A stretch of 64,000 bases of DNA from Verrucomicrobiota bacterium (GTDB lineage Bacteria; Verrucomicrobiota; Verrucomicrobiia; Limisphaerales; Palsa-1400): assembly GCA_049510745.1 (NCBI GenBank), contig JBEKYR010000001.1, forward strand, positions 255,920 through 319,919, written 5' to 3'. Positions 37,844-48,062 of the stretch are shown in pieces. The notes under the pieces are model-generated. The model was not told where the DNA came from. It ran no database searches and saw nothing but the letters and a program-made list of their open reading frames with translations. Position 1 is the first letter of the stretch. Every line of letters starts with the position of its first letter. A program made the position numbers and the translations under genes.

Positions 37844-40518
37844 ATGAGGCGGAAACCGCAAAGTGTGGTGCTGATCCTCTGCGCGTCCTTGCTCGCCGGG
37901 TTGCCGGTCATGGCGGCCGACAATGCTTACGACAATGCCGCAGACCCTGCCTATAGTCAAGGATGGTTCGACGGCAGCAATGGCGGCCAAGGCTTTGGGC
38001 CCTGGAGCTTTTGGGGAGGCGGGGACGACAGCCAATTCACCATCGCCAGCTCGCCCGGGATTGACGTCAGCAATAAATCGTGGGCGGTTACTGTGCTCAC
38101 AACATCGTACGTAGGCGCATATCGCCCCTTCGCGGGCGGAAACCTCAGCCCTGGACAGGTCCTGCGTTTCTCGTGGACCTTCCCGGGGACCAATGCTTGG
38201 AACTCGTATATCCTGCTGGAGGACTCAGTCAACTACCCGCTCGTTTCCTTAGATTGGAATAGCGGCAACTTCAGCCTTTCAACAATGTCTGGGTCGCCGG
38301 GATCGCCGCTCCCTGGGCAACCAGTGGTTCGAGCGCGGCGGCTTCCTTCAGCCTAACGGACGATGGCAACCTGGTCATCAAGATAGCATCCGGGACCAAT
38401 TCGGTTGTCTTTGGCGGCGTTGCGATTACGAATGGCATCAGCGCGGTGGTGCTTAATACTTCCGGACCAAGTGACACCAACCTTCTTGGAATGGTCGCGT
38501 ATTTTAACGAGCTGTCCGTTGCTGAGCAGGCGAGAATGCCCATGATGAATCCAGCCGGCGGCCCACTCACGAATGGGCAGTTGGTGAGCATCAGCACCGC
38601 GACACCCGGAGCCTCCATTCGCTATACATTGGACGGAAGCGAGCCAAGTCCGACGACCGGCCTGGTTTATAGCGCACCGCTGCTGCTGAACCCGGTCCGG
38701 CCCATACGAGTCAGCGCGATCGCTTACGAGGCGGGCCTGGTGGACAGCCCGGTCGCAAGAACCACCTACAACCCGCCCCTGGGGATGGCGGTGGGGCAAA
38801 ATCTCGATGAAGTGGTAGATTGGTCCGCCTCCTGGCCATTTGTTGATGTGTTCAAGAGAACCCGCACTTGGAGCACGCGTAACGCCGATGGTTCCGGACC
38901 TGGGGATACGGGCTTTGAATCCCTGATCCCGGTGGACACCAACGGCTGGCCCACCCAGGTGCCGTTCGCGGCCAACGGCACACCCCAACTGGTCCTTACC
39001 ATCATCACCGCGCTCAATGAGGCAGGGACCTACGATTTCATTTATGAAGGAACGGGTACTTTGGGTGTCTATGTCTCTCCCGGCCAGGGGGGAGGATACC
39101 TGACCGCCACCGGCGGTGTCCAAAGCATCTCGTTCGACGCCACTTCCACCAATAGCCAGGTTATGGTGGAGATCTACAGCAGCGCCAGCAATGATTACTT
39201 GAGAAATTTCCACATCGTCCTGACCAATTTCCTGGCCACTTACGAAACCCAGCCGTTCCACCCACTGTTCCTACAGCGATTGCAGCCGTTCAGGTGTGTG
39301 CGGTTCGTGTGGTGGAGCGAGGCGCCATACTCGACGCTGGTGTCCTGGACCAATCGCACCACTCCGAGCTACTACACCCAAGCCACCTACGACACCCAAA
39401 CCAAACCAGACGGGGTTGCGCTCGAGTACATGGTTCAACTCTGCAACACCCTCCAGGAAAACGCCTGGATTTGTATTCCGGCGGCGGCGGACGACGACTA
39501 CGTGCAGCGCGCTGCCCAGTTGTTCTACAACAGCTTGAGTCCGAATCTGCGTGTCTATGTGGAATACGCAAATGAAACTTGGAACGGCGGTTACTTTGGA
39601 TGTACTTATGCTCGATCCCAGGGCCTCAGCCTCGGCCTCGCTCCAGACGCAGGCACGGCCGGGACCTTCTATGTGGCGCGGCGATCCGGCCAGATTTGGA
39701 ACATCTTCCAGCAAGTCTTTGGCAGCACGGCGTCCTCCCGCTTGGTCAAGGTGATGGCCACGCAGACGGGCAACTATGGCGTTGACTACGGACGCATCGC
39801 CGGGTTGCTCGACCCCAACATCAACCTCACTGGTGTCCTACCGGATGCGCTAGCTGAGGCGCCATACTTTGGCGGAGCTGTGACCGGTGCCAACACGGTG
39901 GACGATATTCTCACCAACCTGGCGCCCCAGGCGATTGCTGAAGAGCAAGCCGCCCTTGCCGGTGAGAAAAGTATCGCCGATGCCTATGGTTGGTGGCTTG
40001 TCTGTTACGAAGGCGGCCAGGGTTTTTCCCCCGACAATTCCTCCGATACGAACGAGATCGCCATTTGCGAGGCGGCCAACCTCGATCCCCGCATGGGGAC
40101 GCTTTACACCGAGTACCTCGATATGCTCAAGGCCCAGGGTGTCAGCCTATTCAATCACCTCTCCTACTGTGGCAACTGGGGTGGATACGGGGAATGGGGT
40201 TCGCTGGCATACCAGGACCAGCCCACAAATGACGCTCCGAAATACGAGGCGCTGGTTGAATGGATCGCCGCCCATCCTGTTCCCGCATATCCAATTATGT
40301 TAACTCCAGCAATCACCACCAATGGGGCCGCCAGTTTTGTCTTCACCAACAATCATGATGCCTCCTTTACGGTCCTGACCACCACCAACCTGGCGTGTCC
40401 CTTGGCGGCCTGGACGGTGCTGGGCGCTCCCGCTGAAACCGCGCCCGGCACGTATCAACTCACCCCTGCAATCACGACCAATGAAAGTCAGCGATTCTTC
40501 CGGGTTCGATCGCCGTAA
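37844..40518 (+). pseudogene. Large secreted glycan-active/binding-type protein with a single frameshift near 38277
   Basis: Signal peptide ORF 37844-38356 continues in another frame (NNVWVAG...); Fn3-associated motif IRYTLDGSEP; YVEYANETWN; QRFFRV. Confidence 0.75.
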
Positions 40519-40519
40519 T

Positions 40520-40600
40520 GGTCGGGTGACCATCTCCCGCGCCGCCGGCACGATGACTTTTCCGTCGGAGTTTATGCTGGTCGCCGCGAGGAACCCGACG
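40520..40600 (+). pseudogene. comM: comM internal fragment, codons 326-352; attL-like junction
   Basis: GRVTISRAAGTMTFPSEFMLVAARNPT matches 25907-25987 and stops at ACG. Confidence 0.93.
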
Positions 40601-40819
40601 GCGTAAGCACTTCGACGGCATGATCTTGGAATGACATGCTGATTTGGTGAGGCACCACACTCACACATTAACCCAAAGTCTGCTCTGATTTGATCTCAAC
40701 AGATAATCACTGCTGGCATGGTTAACTGGCATCCATTCCTTTGCATGCAATGCCAACGTCGAACGCGTGGAGCCAGCGCGCAAAAGGTGCATGGATGTCT
40801 TGCGTCTGAAGCTCGTCAG

Positions 40820-42460
40820 CTAAAGCAGGTCGAGGCCTTTTAACTTGATGCTGATTTTTTCGCGGCGGAGGTCCTCAGGAAAACGGATTTGCAGCGTAAA
40901 GGGGCCGGAGACGGCGCCTCCGTCGGCATTGAACAACGGGGCGTTGATCGTAATGGAACGGGTTGACTCGGCTCCTTTGGCGGTGAATTTGCGCTCATTG
41001 GCGTTGCCCATCATCTGCTGCGCCGCGCCTGGGATTTTTACCTGGACATCCAAACGGCGCACGGCCGGCGGCCCTTTGAGTTGCCCGTCAATTCGCAGCA
41101 TGTTGTTCTTATTCACGAGCTTCTTGACAATAAATTTCGCCCCTGGGAGAACGGCCCCAAGATCGAATTCGTTGGTGGATGTTTCGGAAACATTGGTCAG
41201 CGTCATTTCCTTCCACGCGCCGGCGGTGAGAGCGACGGCTTCGGCGTTGAGTTCGTCGATGGCCTGCGCGTCCGGTTGCGGGAGGTGGAGTCGCAATTGG
41301 ATTTGCACAGAATTTTTTTCTTGCGCGCCTCCTTGAAAGGCGCTGAATGAAAAGCCGGTCTCCTCGCCTTCAGTTTCCGCGGCTTCGACGGCGCGGCCCT
41401 TGTCATCCATCGCCTTGAGGATGCGCACGCCGCTCAATGATTGAAGCGTGCGGCCTTGGGGTGGAAAAACTTTGACGGTGACCATTGCGCCCGGCGAGGC
41501 TCCAAATGAATTGCCGTCTTTGAAGTAATCCTTGCCTTCGGGAAAAACATGGATCGTCGTCGTCATAATGCCCTCCGCTTGGGCCACAAAGCCCGCGCCG
41601 CCCTCGGTGAGAGGAATGTCGTCGGCCGATTCACCCTGCCGAGCGAAGGCACGCCGGAGTTTTTTGGATTCCAACGGCGCCTTGATGATCAGACCGCCGA
41701 GTTCGGCGGTGATAACAGTCGGGGTGTCCATCAGCTTCATGTAAGCGTCGAGAGATTCGTCTTTCTTGGAATCGACCGTGAGCCAAGTAGCGTTGTTCTG
41801 CATTCCCGTGAATCCGCTGGAAAGGACCTTGCCGGGAAGCACGAGCCTGAAATCGCTGTTCATCCCGCTCAATTTCCAAGCTGAACGCATGGATTTGAAA
41901 TAGCGTCTCATGCCGGTTTGGGGAGTAAAAGTCACGCGCAGGTGGCCGTTGGTGTCCTGCTCAAAGCGGACGTTGCCAAACATCTCCCCTCCGATCGAGC
42001 TGCGGGGACTCTTCAACATCTCCTCAACGGATGAAAAGGAGGATTTTGTCACGACAGTGACGTTGTCCTTGTTCACCTCGACCTGCTCCTGTTTGTCTGT
42101 ATCGGTGGCAAGTTCGCCAAATTGCTCCTCCCTCATTTCAAGGACTTTCTTTTTTAATTCCTCGTCGCTTAACGAGTTGGTGGCCGCGTTGGTTTGAGAC
42201 GCAGCCTTTTGAATCTCTTCCACATCGCCCGATTCCTCCATAGCCTTCATCTGTTCCATTATGCGCAGTTGCTGTTCCATGGTCTTGCGCGGCTGCGTGG
42301 ACTTGGCTTCGATTTGACAACTGCCATCAGCCTGAATCGTGATGACGGTTTGTTGCTGGCCGGCTTCTTCGTCGAAAAACTGGGCCATTAAGCGGGAATT
42401 CAAGTCCGCCGCGCCGCACGCGACGGCGAGGGTCAATGTCCATCGGAGAAATCGCTTCAT
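40820..42460 (-). CDS. Secreted hypothetical protein
   Basis: Signal peptide; architecture resembles 42485-44065. Confidence 0.8.
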   Translation of the reverse strand: MKRFLRWTLTLAVACGAADLNSRLMAQFFDEEAGQQQTVITIQADGSCQIEAKSTQPRKTMEQQLRIMEQMKAMEESGDVEEIQKAASQTNAATNSLSDEELKKKVLEMREEQFGELATDTDKQEQVEVNKDNVTVVTKSSFSSVEEMLKSPRSSIGGEMFGNVRFEQDTNGHLRVTFTPQTGMRRYFKSMRSAWKLSGMNSDFRLVLPGKVLSSGFTGMQNNATWLTVDSKKDESLDAYMKLMDTPTVITAELGGLIIKAPLESKKLRRAFARQGESADDIPLTEGGAGFVAQAEGIMTTTIHVFPEGKDYFKDGNSFGASPGAMVTVKVFPPQGRTLQSLSGVRILKAMDDKGRAVEAAETEGEETGFSFSAFQGGAQEKNSVQIQLRLHLPQPDAQAIDELNAEAVALTAGAWKEMTLTNVSETSTNEFDLGAVLPGAKFIVKKLVNKNNMLRIDGQLKGPPAVRRLDVQVKIPGAAQQMMGNANERKFTAKGAESTRSITINAPLFNADGGAVSGPFTLQIRFPEDLRREKISIKLKGLDLL

Positions 42461-42484
42461 GTTGGGTTTCCTTTATCTCAATGC

Positions 42485-44065
42485 TTATTGTGTCAACGGA
42501 ATATGTTCCACCAGCACCGGCACGTCCACCGAGGAACCGGAACCGCTGGCGACCACCGCCAGGGATAACGGCGCCCCAGGCGAGCCGGGCACCATCAACT
42601 GGCAGCCGTTGCCTTCGCCCATGCCCATGTTTTGTTGTCCGAGAAAAGTCGGCCAGGGTTTGCCTTGGGCGTCAAAGACCTGAGCATCGACCAGCACGCC
42701 TTTTTTGCCGCTGATTTGAAGCATCAGCATCGTCATGCCGCTTTGCGACATGGCCATTTGGAGGGAGAGCGGCATGCCCATTTCCGCCAGCTTCGCGCTG
42801 TTGATCTTCTTCTCTGAACTATCGAATCTTCCCATGCCTTTGGCAGGGTCCACAATCCAATTGGCCGGAATGGCGTTGGTCATTTTCACCACTTCGGCGC
42901 CGCCGAAATAATGGAGAGCGATCGAACCTTTGATTTTCCCGATTTCCTTGATCTTCCAGTCTGGTGGGCGAAAGGAAAATGAAACGGTGTGTCGCAAATC
43001 GGCGGCGGTGTTGGTATGTTCGGCATCGTCCTCTTCGCTCTCGTTCATGTACATTCTACTGTAAAAAAATGAGTCTCTTTGATTGGCTTCGGTCGGCTTG
43101 AGGTCGTTTCCTTTGGCATCCACCGCCTCGTCAAGGGTCGCCTCGCCCCATTTCTGCGGTTCGAATTCCCGCGGCAAAACGACCGCGCCCACCAGGTTGG
43201 CCGAGTTTTGATTCATTCCGCCCTGGCCGCTCAAGTCCACCGAGCGCGTGATGACCACGCCGTAGGGGATGAACTTGGCGGCGGCAGTGACCTTCGCGGG
43301 GTCAGGTCCTGCGCCCTTGGCGGCGCTTGTGCCGGCGGACAGTTCCGGGAACGGGCACAGTCCAAGGCGGGCCGGCGTGACTGGCGAGATTTTCAGGCCG
43401 CTCGCATCGCAACGGGCCTCGTTCACCGCGCTTAACTGTTGCACGAACTCATCGGCGTCCTTGCACTTGGCGCGCTCGGAAATCCAGAGGGCGCTTTTTC
43501 CGTCGCGGACGCCGTTGCCGGCGGTCACGGTGTTGGGCAGTGTCATGCGAAACTCCACGCGCATCTCATTCTTCTTCTTCTGCATGTCGGCCAAACCGGG
43601 CATGGCCATCATGCCCATATCCTTATCGGGCTTGATTTCGGCGATGCGGGCGATCCCTTCCATGCCGCTGACGGCTTTCACTGCCAAACCGTCTTTACCT
43701 ATTTCGACGGTGAGTTGGTGTGCGCGCCCGTAAGGGCTGGCGAGGAGCGAATTGATGTCTTTGTATTCGACATCAATCACTGTGACCGTGTCGCCTTTGT
43801 CCGTTTTGTCCTGTTTGACGGTGATTTTGAAATCCTTTCCCGGGAAGAACTTTTGCGCCTCGGCTTCAGATACAGGCGGATACGCGATGCCGCCACCCAT
43901 CTCGCCCGACATCGCGGCGAGCGACCCGGCGTCGGCGCCGACGCGCGTTTCGATGCGCACCTTGCCGGAGCCGTCGGGGTTGATGGTCAATTCGTCCTTG
44001 GTCTGAATGCAGCCGGTCAGGCAGATCAGAAGCACCCCTGTTGTCAATGATTTCCACATAATCAA
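42485..44065 (-). CDS. Hypothetical lipoprotein
   Basis: Lipobox LTGC followed by ELTINPDGSGKV. Confidence 0.8.
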   Translation of the reverse strand: MIMWKSLTTGVLLICLTGCIQTKDELTINPDGSGKVRIETRVGADAGSLAAMSGEMGGGIAYPPVSEAEAQKFFPGKDFKITVKQDKTDKGDTVTVIDVEYKDINSLLASPYGRAHQLTVEIGKDGLAVKAVSGMEGIARIAEIKPDKDMGMMAMPGLADMQKKKNEMRVEFRMTLPNTVTAGNGVRDGKSALWISERAKCKDADEFVQQLSAVNEARCDASGLKISPVTPARLGLCPFPELSAGTSAAKGAGPDPAKVTAAAKFIPYGVVITRSVDLSGQGGMNQNSANLVGAVVLPREFEPQKWGEATLDEAVDAKGNDLKPTEANQRDSFFYSRMYMNESEEDDAEHTNTAADLRHTVSFSFRPPDWKIKEIGKIKGSIALHYFGGAEVVKMTNAIPANWIVDPAKGMGRFDSSEKKINSAKLAEMGMPLSLQMAMSQSGMTMLMLQISGKKGVLVDAQVFDAQGKPWPTFLGQQNMGMGEGNGCQLMVPGSPGAPLSLAVVASGSGSSVDVPVLVEHIPLTQ

Positions 44066-44074
44066 ATCCTTGCG

Positions 44075-47000
44075 TTATTGGCTACTTGCATTGCGCATTT
44101 TCTTGTTGATGTCAAGGCGTAGTTGCCGGGCCTCCGCGCCCCGAAGCCCCTGCAAAGCCTGCAAAAGCTTGCGCAACTCCGATTCGTCCTTCCGAGCAGT
44201 CATGATTTTCCGAAGCGCCGGCAGATATTTGGCGTCCTGGCTCAAAGCGATGCCTGCCATGATCGCGTCGTCGATTTCGTTCTCCTCTTTTGAGTTTGCC
44301 TCCCCGGCGTCCGCAACCAGGCGATCCAAGCCGTCGAACTGCCCGTATTGCGCCAGGAGCAGCGCAAAGGGGATCCTTTCGGTAGGTTTGGCGGCGGCAA
44401 GCCACTTTCTCGCCGGTTCGAGAAAGGCGGGCTTGCCTTCCAACACCGTCAATGGCCGGCTATCGGCCTGGTTAAACGATGTTTCCAAGCTGCCGCCATG
44501 GTGGCTTTCAAATTCAAATCCACCGGAGGACTTCTCCAAATCGGCCGCTTGGCGGACTTGCGGATCAAGCAAGGCCAGTGCAGCCGCAGTGGCGACCCCC
44601 AGGTTGGTTTCGGAAAGCAGCGGGCCAATCTTTGTTTCGAGCGCCGGCCGCTCTTTCGCCCGCCGTGCCAGCGATTGCACGGCCACTCGACGCACCCATT
44701 CATTGGGGTCGGTGATGGCCTTGTCAAAGATCGCCACGTCTTGTTCCGAATCGGAGCGCAGCCCCAGAGCATAGACTGCCGCCGCGCGCCAGGCCGCGTT
44801 CGTGGATTCCACCAACGCGAGCGAGACCGCCCGGGCGCGGGCATCGGCTGTCCACAAATTCCACCCGCGCGGAACTCGCTGAGGAATGCCGTCAATGATC
44901 TCGAATCCACCCTCAAAATCTCCGCCCGAGACGTAGCCCGCCAAGAAGTCGAGCGATCTGTTCAAAACATCGCCGAAGGCCATTTCGACCGCGGATTTGA
45001 ATCGATCCGGCTCCAACAAGTAATCCGCGGCCGCTGGCGCGGCCCGTCCGCTTTGCCGCGCAGCCATGGAGAAAAGCACCGGCGAGGCGCACAATTTGTC
45101 AAGGACAGGCCGGCCCTCAGGCCACGGAAGTTTTTCGAGAACGAGCCGGAGGGCGAGCGTATCCTGCTGATGCCGGGCCGTTTGAAGTTCGGGCTTTTCC
45201 AAGGCGGCGAGCAATTGGGGCAAGTCCGCTTTGCCGTCGCCAGTGGCGAAAACAGCGGCCGCTACCCGCAGCCGCGGTTTTGGTTCGAGGCGTTGGAGCA
45301 GGCCAGCGTGCCACGAGGCCATTTGGCTGGCGCTGGCCACAGGTTTATTTGTTTTCAGCGTCGGGGATTGCATCCCCGTGGAGACGGGAACTGGCGGATC
45401 GAGAATCTTCAGGACGATATCTGCGGCAGAAGCGCGAGTTTCGCCGTCTTCGTCGGAGAGCAAGGGCGCGACCAGTTCGGCGGCCAGTTTGACCGGCTGC
45501 TGACGCAACGCTTCGGCTGCGCTGCGGCGCAAGCGCGCCTCAGGAGCGGCCAGGGCTTTGACGAGGAGCGGTTTCCAATTGGCATCGCTCTGCTTCTCAG
45601 GATTGATCCCGTGCTTGGCCAGCGCGCTGAGAACGGCCTCTTTCTCGGCCACAGTGCCGGCATTGAAAATCTCGGTAACCGTGTCGGAGGTTTCTTTCGT
45701 TTCTGAAGCGAGCATCATTTGGACGGTGGCGGCCCGAAGGCTGGGCAGGCGCTTGCCCAGCGCGGCCAGTTGCTTGTCGTCCGGCGAATCGTTGAGCTTT
45801 TCCAGCGTGGCCAGCGCGTTTTGCACCACAAAACCATCGGGGTCGCCAAGCAGCTTCGTGACGTCATCGGCGAGTTCATTGGCGCCCAATTTGCCCGCGG
45901 CTTCGGTCGCCGCGGCGCGCACACGCCAGCGCGGGTCGGCCAGGCACCGCTTGAGGCCGGTGGAAACATCATCTGGAACAGAGGAAGCGCGCGCCGAAAA
46001 GCGGCCGTCGCCGGAAAGTCCTTCCTCCAACGCGGCGATGGCCGTGCAAGCGACCACTTCATTGGGATCATCCAGGACAGTGAGCAACTGTTTGAGGGCA
46101 TCGGGGCTTTTGGAGTGGCCCAGGGCCTGAGCCGCAGTCATGCGCAGGTTGCTGTCGGAGGACTGCAACAATGCGGCCATGGCCGGAACAGCATCATGGC
46201 CTCCAATGCTTGACAGCGCATGGACAGCGCTCTCCGCCACGAGTGAATCGGCATCATGGGCCAACTCGCTCAAAGCAGGCAGCGCCTCCGCGCCCGCGCG
46301 GCCTAAATGTTCCGCTGCCGCCTGCCGTTCGAGGCTCTTTCCGCGCGCCAGGGTCTTGCGCACGCCGCCGGTCCGCTGCTCCAGCAAATCGGAAACAAGG
46401 ATTGCCCAACGGACGTCTTCGAGCAGGCCGAGGGCGCGCTGGTCGCCGCTTTTTTCTGCCCGCCGGAGGGCCTCATGCACCACCGGCAACGCGGCCGTTC
46501 CAGCGCCGACCAGTGCCGACATGGCTTCGGTGCGCCGGACAGGATCATCGCCGCGCAATGTTTCCAATTCGGCCTTGATCGAATTCTCAGCCGAAGGATC
46601 CAATCGGGGCCGAGGGATCGCAGTGGGAAGCCGGCCTGTCTCCCTCCACCATTTCCGTAACGCCGCGACGGAATTGGTCAACTCATCCGGCCCCTGCCAC
46701 GGATCAATCGCCATCCCATCCGGCGCCAGGCGTTGCAGCAAATCGGCGGCGGCGACGCGGACGCCCAAATAAGGATGCTGGATCGCGTCGATCAGGACAG
46801 GCACGACGGCTTCCCGCTGGCCCATAAGAATGTTGGCGGCAGCGGCGCGATCCGCGGGGTTGGCCTCGCCCATCATTTCTACCAACTGGCGCAGGTCATT
46901 GGTGGTCAGATCGTCGGCTGAGGCCTTCCTGGCATAGTCGGCATATTTGTCCGCCGGGGCCGTTCCTTCCCACTCGCCGGCTTTGGCCCGGCGGCGGCCT

Positions 47001-47404
47001 TCGGCCAGGAACGCAAGCACTTCGGGAACAGAAACAAATCCGGTGTGGCGCCCGACAATTTTCCCGTCGCCGGTCAACAGCGCCAGCGCGGGAATGGCCT
47101 CCACCGCGAAGCTGGCGGCGAGTTTTTGATTCGAATCGACGTCCACGTCCACCAAGTGCAGGAGGCCGGCTTGCTGAAGGAATTCCGGCGCGGAAAGCGT
47201 ATTGGCTTTGAGTTTCTTGCAGGGGCCGCACCATTCCGCGCTGAAAATCAGCAGGACGAGCGTTTGGTCCGCCGCCGCAGCCTCGGAGGCCGCTCGCAAC
47301 GTGGAATGGGTCACGGGCTGGCTGGCAGGTTCGGCCCCAGCCAGCGCGAAGGCCGCGAGCAGCATGACTGTGCCGGCCTTGAACATGGAACCTTTTGGCG
47401 TCAT
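44075..47404 (-). CDS. Thioredoxin plus HEAT-repeat protein
   Basis: FSAEWCGPCK; multiple D..VR..AA.AL repeats. Confidence 0.87.
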   Translation of the reverse strand: MTPKGSMFKAGTVMLLAAFALAGAEPASQPVTHSTLRAASEAAAADQTLVLLIFSAEWCGPCKKLKANTLSAPEFLQQAGLLHLVDVDVDSNQKLAASFAVEAIPALALLTGDGKIVGRHTGFVSVPEVLAFLAEGRRRAKAGEWEGTAPADKYADYARKASADDLTTNDLRQLVEMMGEANPADRAAAANILMGQREAVVPVLIDAIQHPYLGVRVAAADLLQRLAPDGMAIDPWQGPDELTNSVAALRKWWRETGRLPTAIPRPRLDPSAENSIKAELETLRGDDPVRRTEAMSALVGAGTAALPVVHEALRRAEKSGDQRALGLLEDVRWAILVSDLLEQRTGGVRKTLARGKSLERQAAAEHLGRAGAEALPALSELAHDADSLVAESAVHALSSIGGHDAVPAMAALLQSSDSNLRMTAAQALGHSKSPDALKQLLTVLDDPNEVVACTAIAALEEGLSGDGRFSARASSVPDDVSTGLKRCLADPRWRVRAAATEAAGKLGANELADDVTKLLGDPDGFVVQNALATLEKLNDSPDDKQLAALGKRLPSLRAATVQMMLASETKETSDTVTEIFNAGTVAEKEAVLSALAKHGINPEKQSDANWKPLLVKALAAPEARLRRSAAEALRQQPVKLAAELVAPLLSDEDGETRASAADIVLKILDPPVPVSTGMQSPTLKTNKPVASASQMASWHAGLLQRLEPKPRLRVAAAVFATGDGKADLPQLLAALEKPELQTARHQQDTLALRLVLEKLPWPEGRPVLDKLCASPVLFSMAARQSGRAAPAAADYLLEPDRFKSAVEMAFGDVLNRSLDFLAGYVSGGDFEGGFEIIDGIPQRVPRGWNLWTADARARAVSLALVESTNAAWRAAAVYALGLRSDSEQDVAIFDKAITDPNEWVRRVAVQSLARRAKERPALETKIGPLLSETNLGVATAAALALLDPQVRQAADLEKSSGGFEFESHHGGSLETSFNQADSRPLTVLEGKPAFLEPARKWLAAAKPTERIPFALLLAQYGQFDGLDRLVADAGEANSKEENEIDDAIMAGIALSQDAKYLPALRKIMTARKDESELRKLLQALQGLRGAEARQLRLDINKKMRNASSQ

Positions 47405-47414
47405 CGGCGGTGGA

Positions 47415-48062
47415 TCATTGGAGAAGCGCGTAAGCCAGGATATTGACGTTCACCTTCTGGCTGTTTTTGATTTCGTTGCCGCCGCAACAACAGCAGCCGT
47501 GCATGGTGGCGGTGTCGTTGAGGCCGTCCTGCGAATAGATCAGCACGATTTTCCCAGCAATGGTCAGGCCCAGCAGCTTGGCGTCTCCGCCATGGCTCAT
47601 GTCAAGGCGATCAACGATGAAAACAGTGTGGAAAATCGGGTGGTCCATCGGGACGTCGGCCAATTTGCGGTCCGGGAAAATGGTTTCAATCTCATGCGTG
47701 AACGAATCGCCCCATTCCTTGCTGCTGCATCCGGCGCTGGCCAGCAGGAACCCGCCTTTTTCCAGGTAGAGCTTCAGGTTTTTGCGTTCATCGTCTGTCA
47801 AAGTGAAGGCCCCCTCGCCCGTCATCACGGCGAAAGGAAAGTGGAAGACCTCGCTCTCGCCCAGCTTCACTGGCTTGAACTTGCGGGACGTGTTGATGCT
47901 CGTTTCACCGGCGACGGTGGAGAGGAATTCCTCGCTGAAACAGACCGAACTTTTGGTGCCGGCGTAAATCAGGTTCGCGCATTCGATCTCTTCGCCGGCG
48001 GGGACGCGGAGGCCGGGCCACAGCAGCAGAACTGTCAATAGCATGAATTTTTTCATGGTCAC
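47415..48062 (-). CDS. DUF4159-like protein
   Basis: FPFAVMTGEG, YLEKGGFL, DHPIF, VNILAYAL. Confidence 0.82.
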   Translation of the reverse strand: MTMKKFMLLTVLLLWPGLRVPAGEEIECANLIYAGTKSSVCFSEEFLSTVAGETSINTSRKFKPVKLGESEVFHFPFAVMTGEGAFTLTDDERKNLKLYLEKGGFLLASAGCSSKEWGDSFTHEIETIFPDRKLADVPMDHPIFHTVFIVDRLDMSHGGDAKLLGLTIAGKIVLIYSQDGLNDTATMHGCCCCGGNEIKNSQKVNVNILAYALLQ

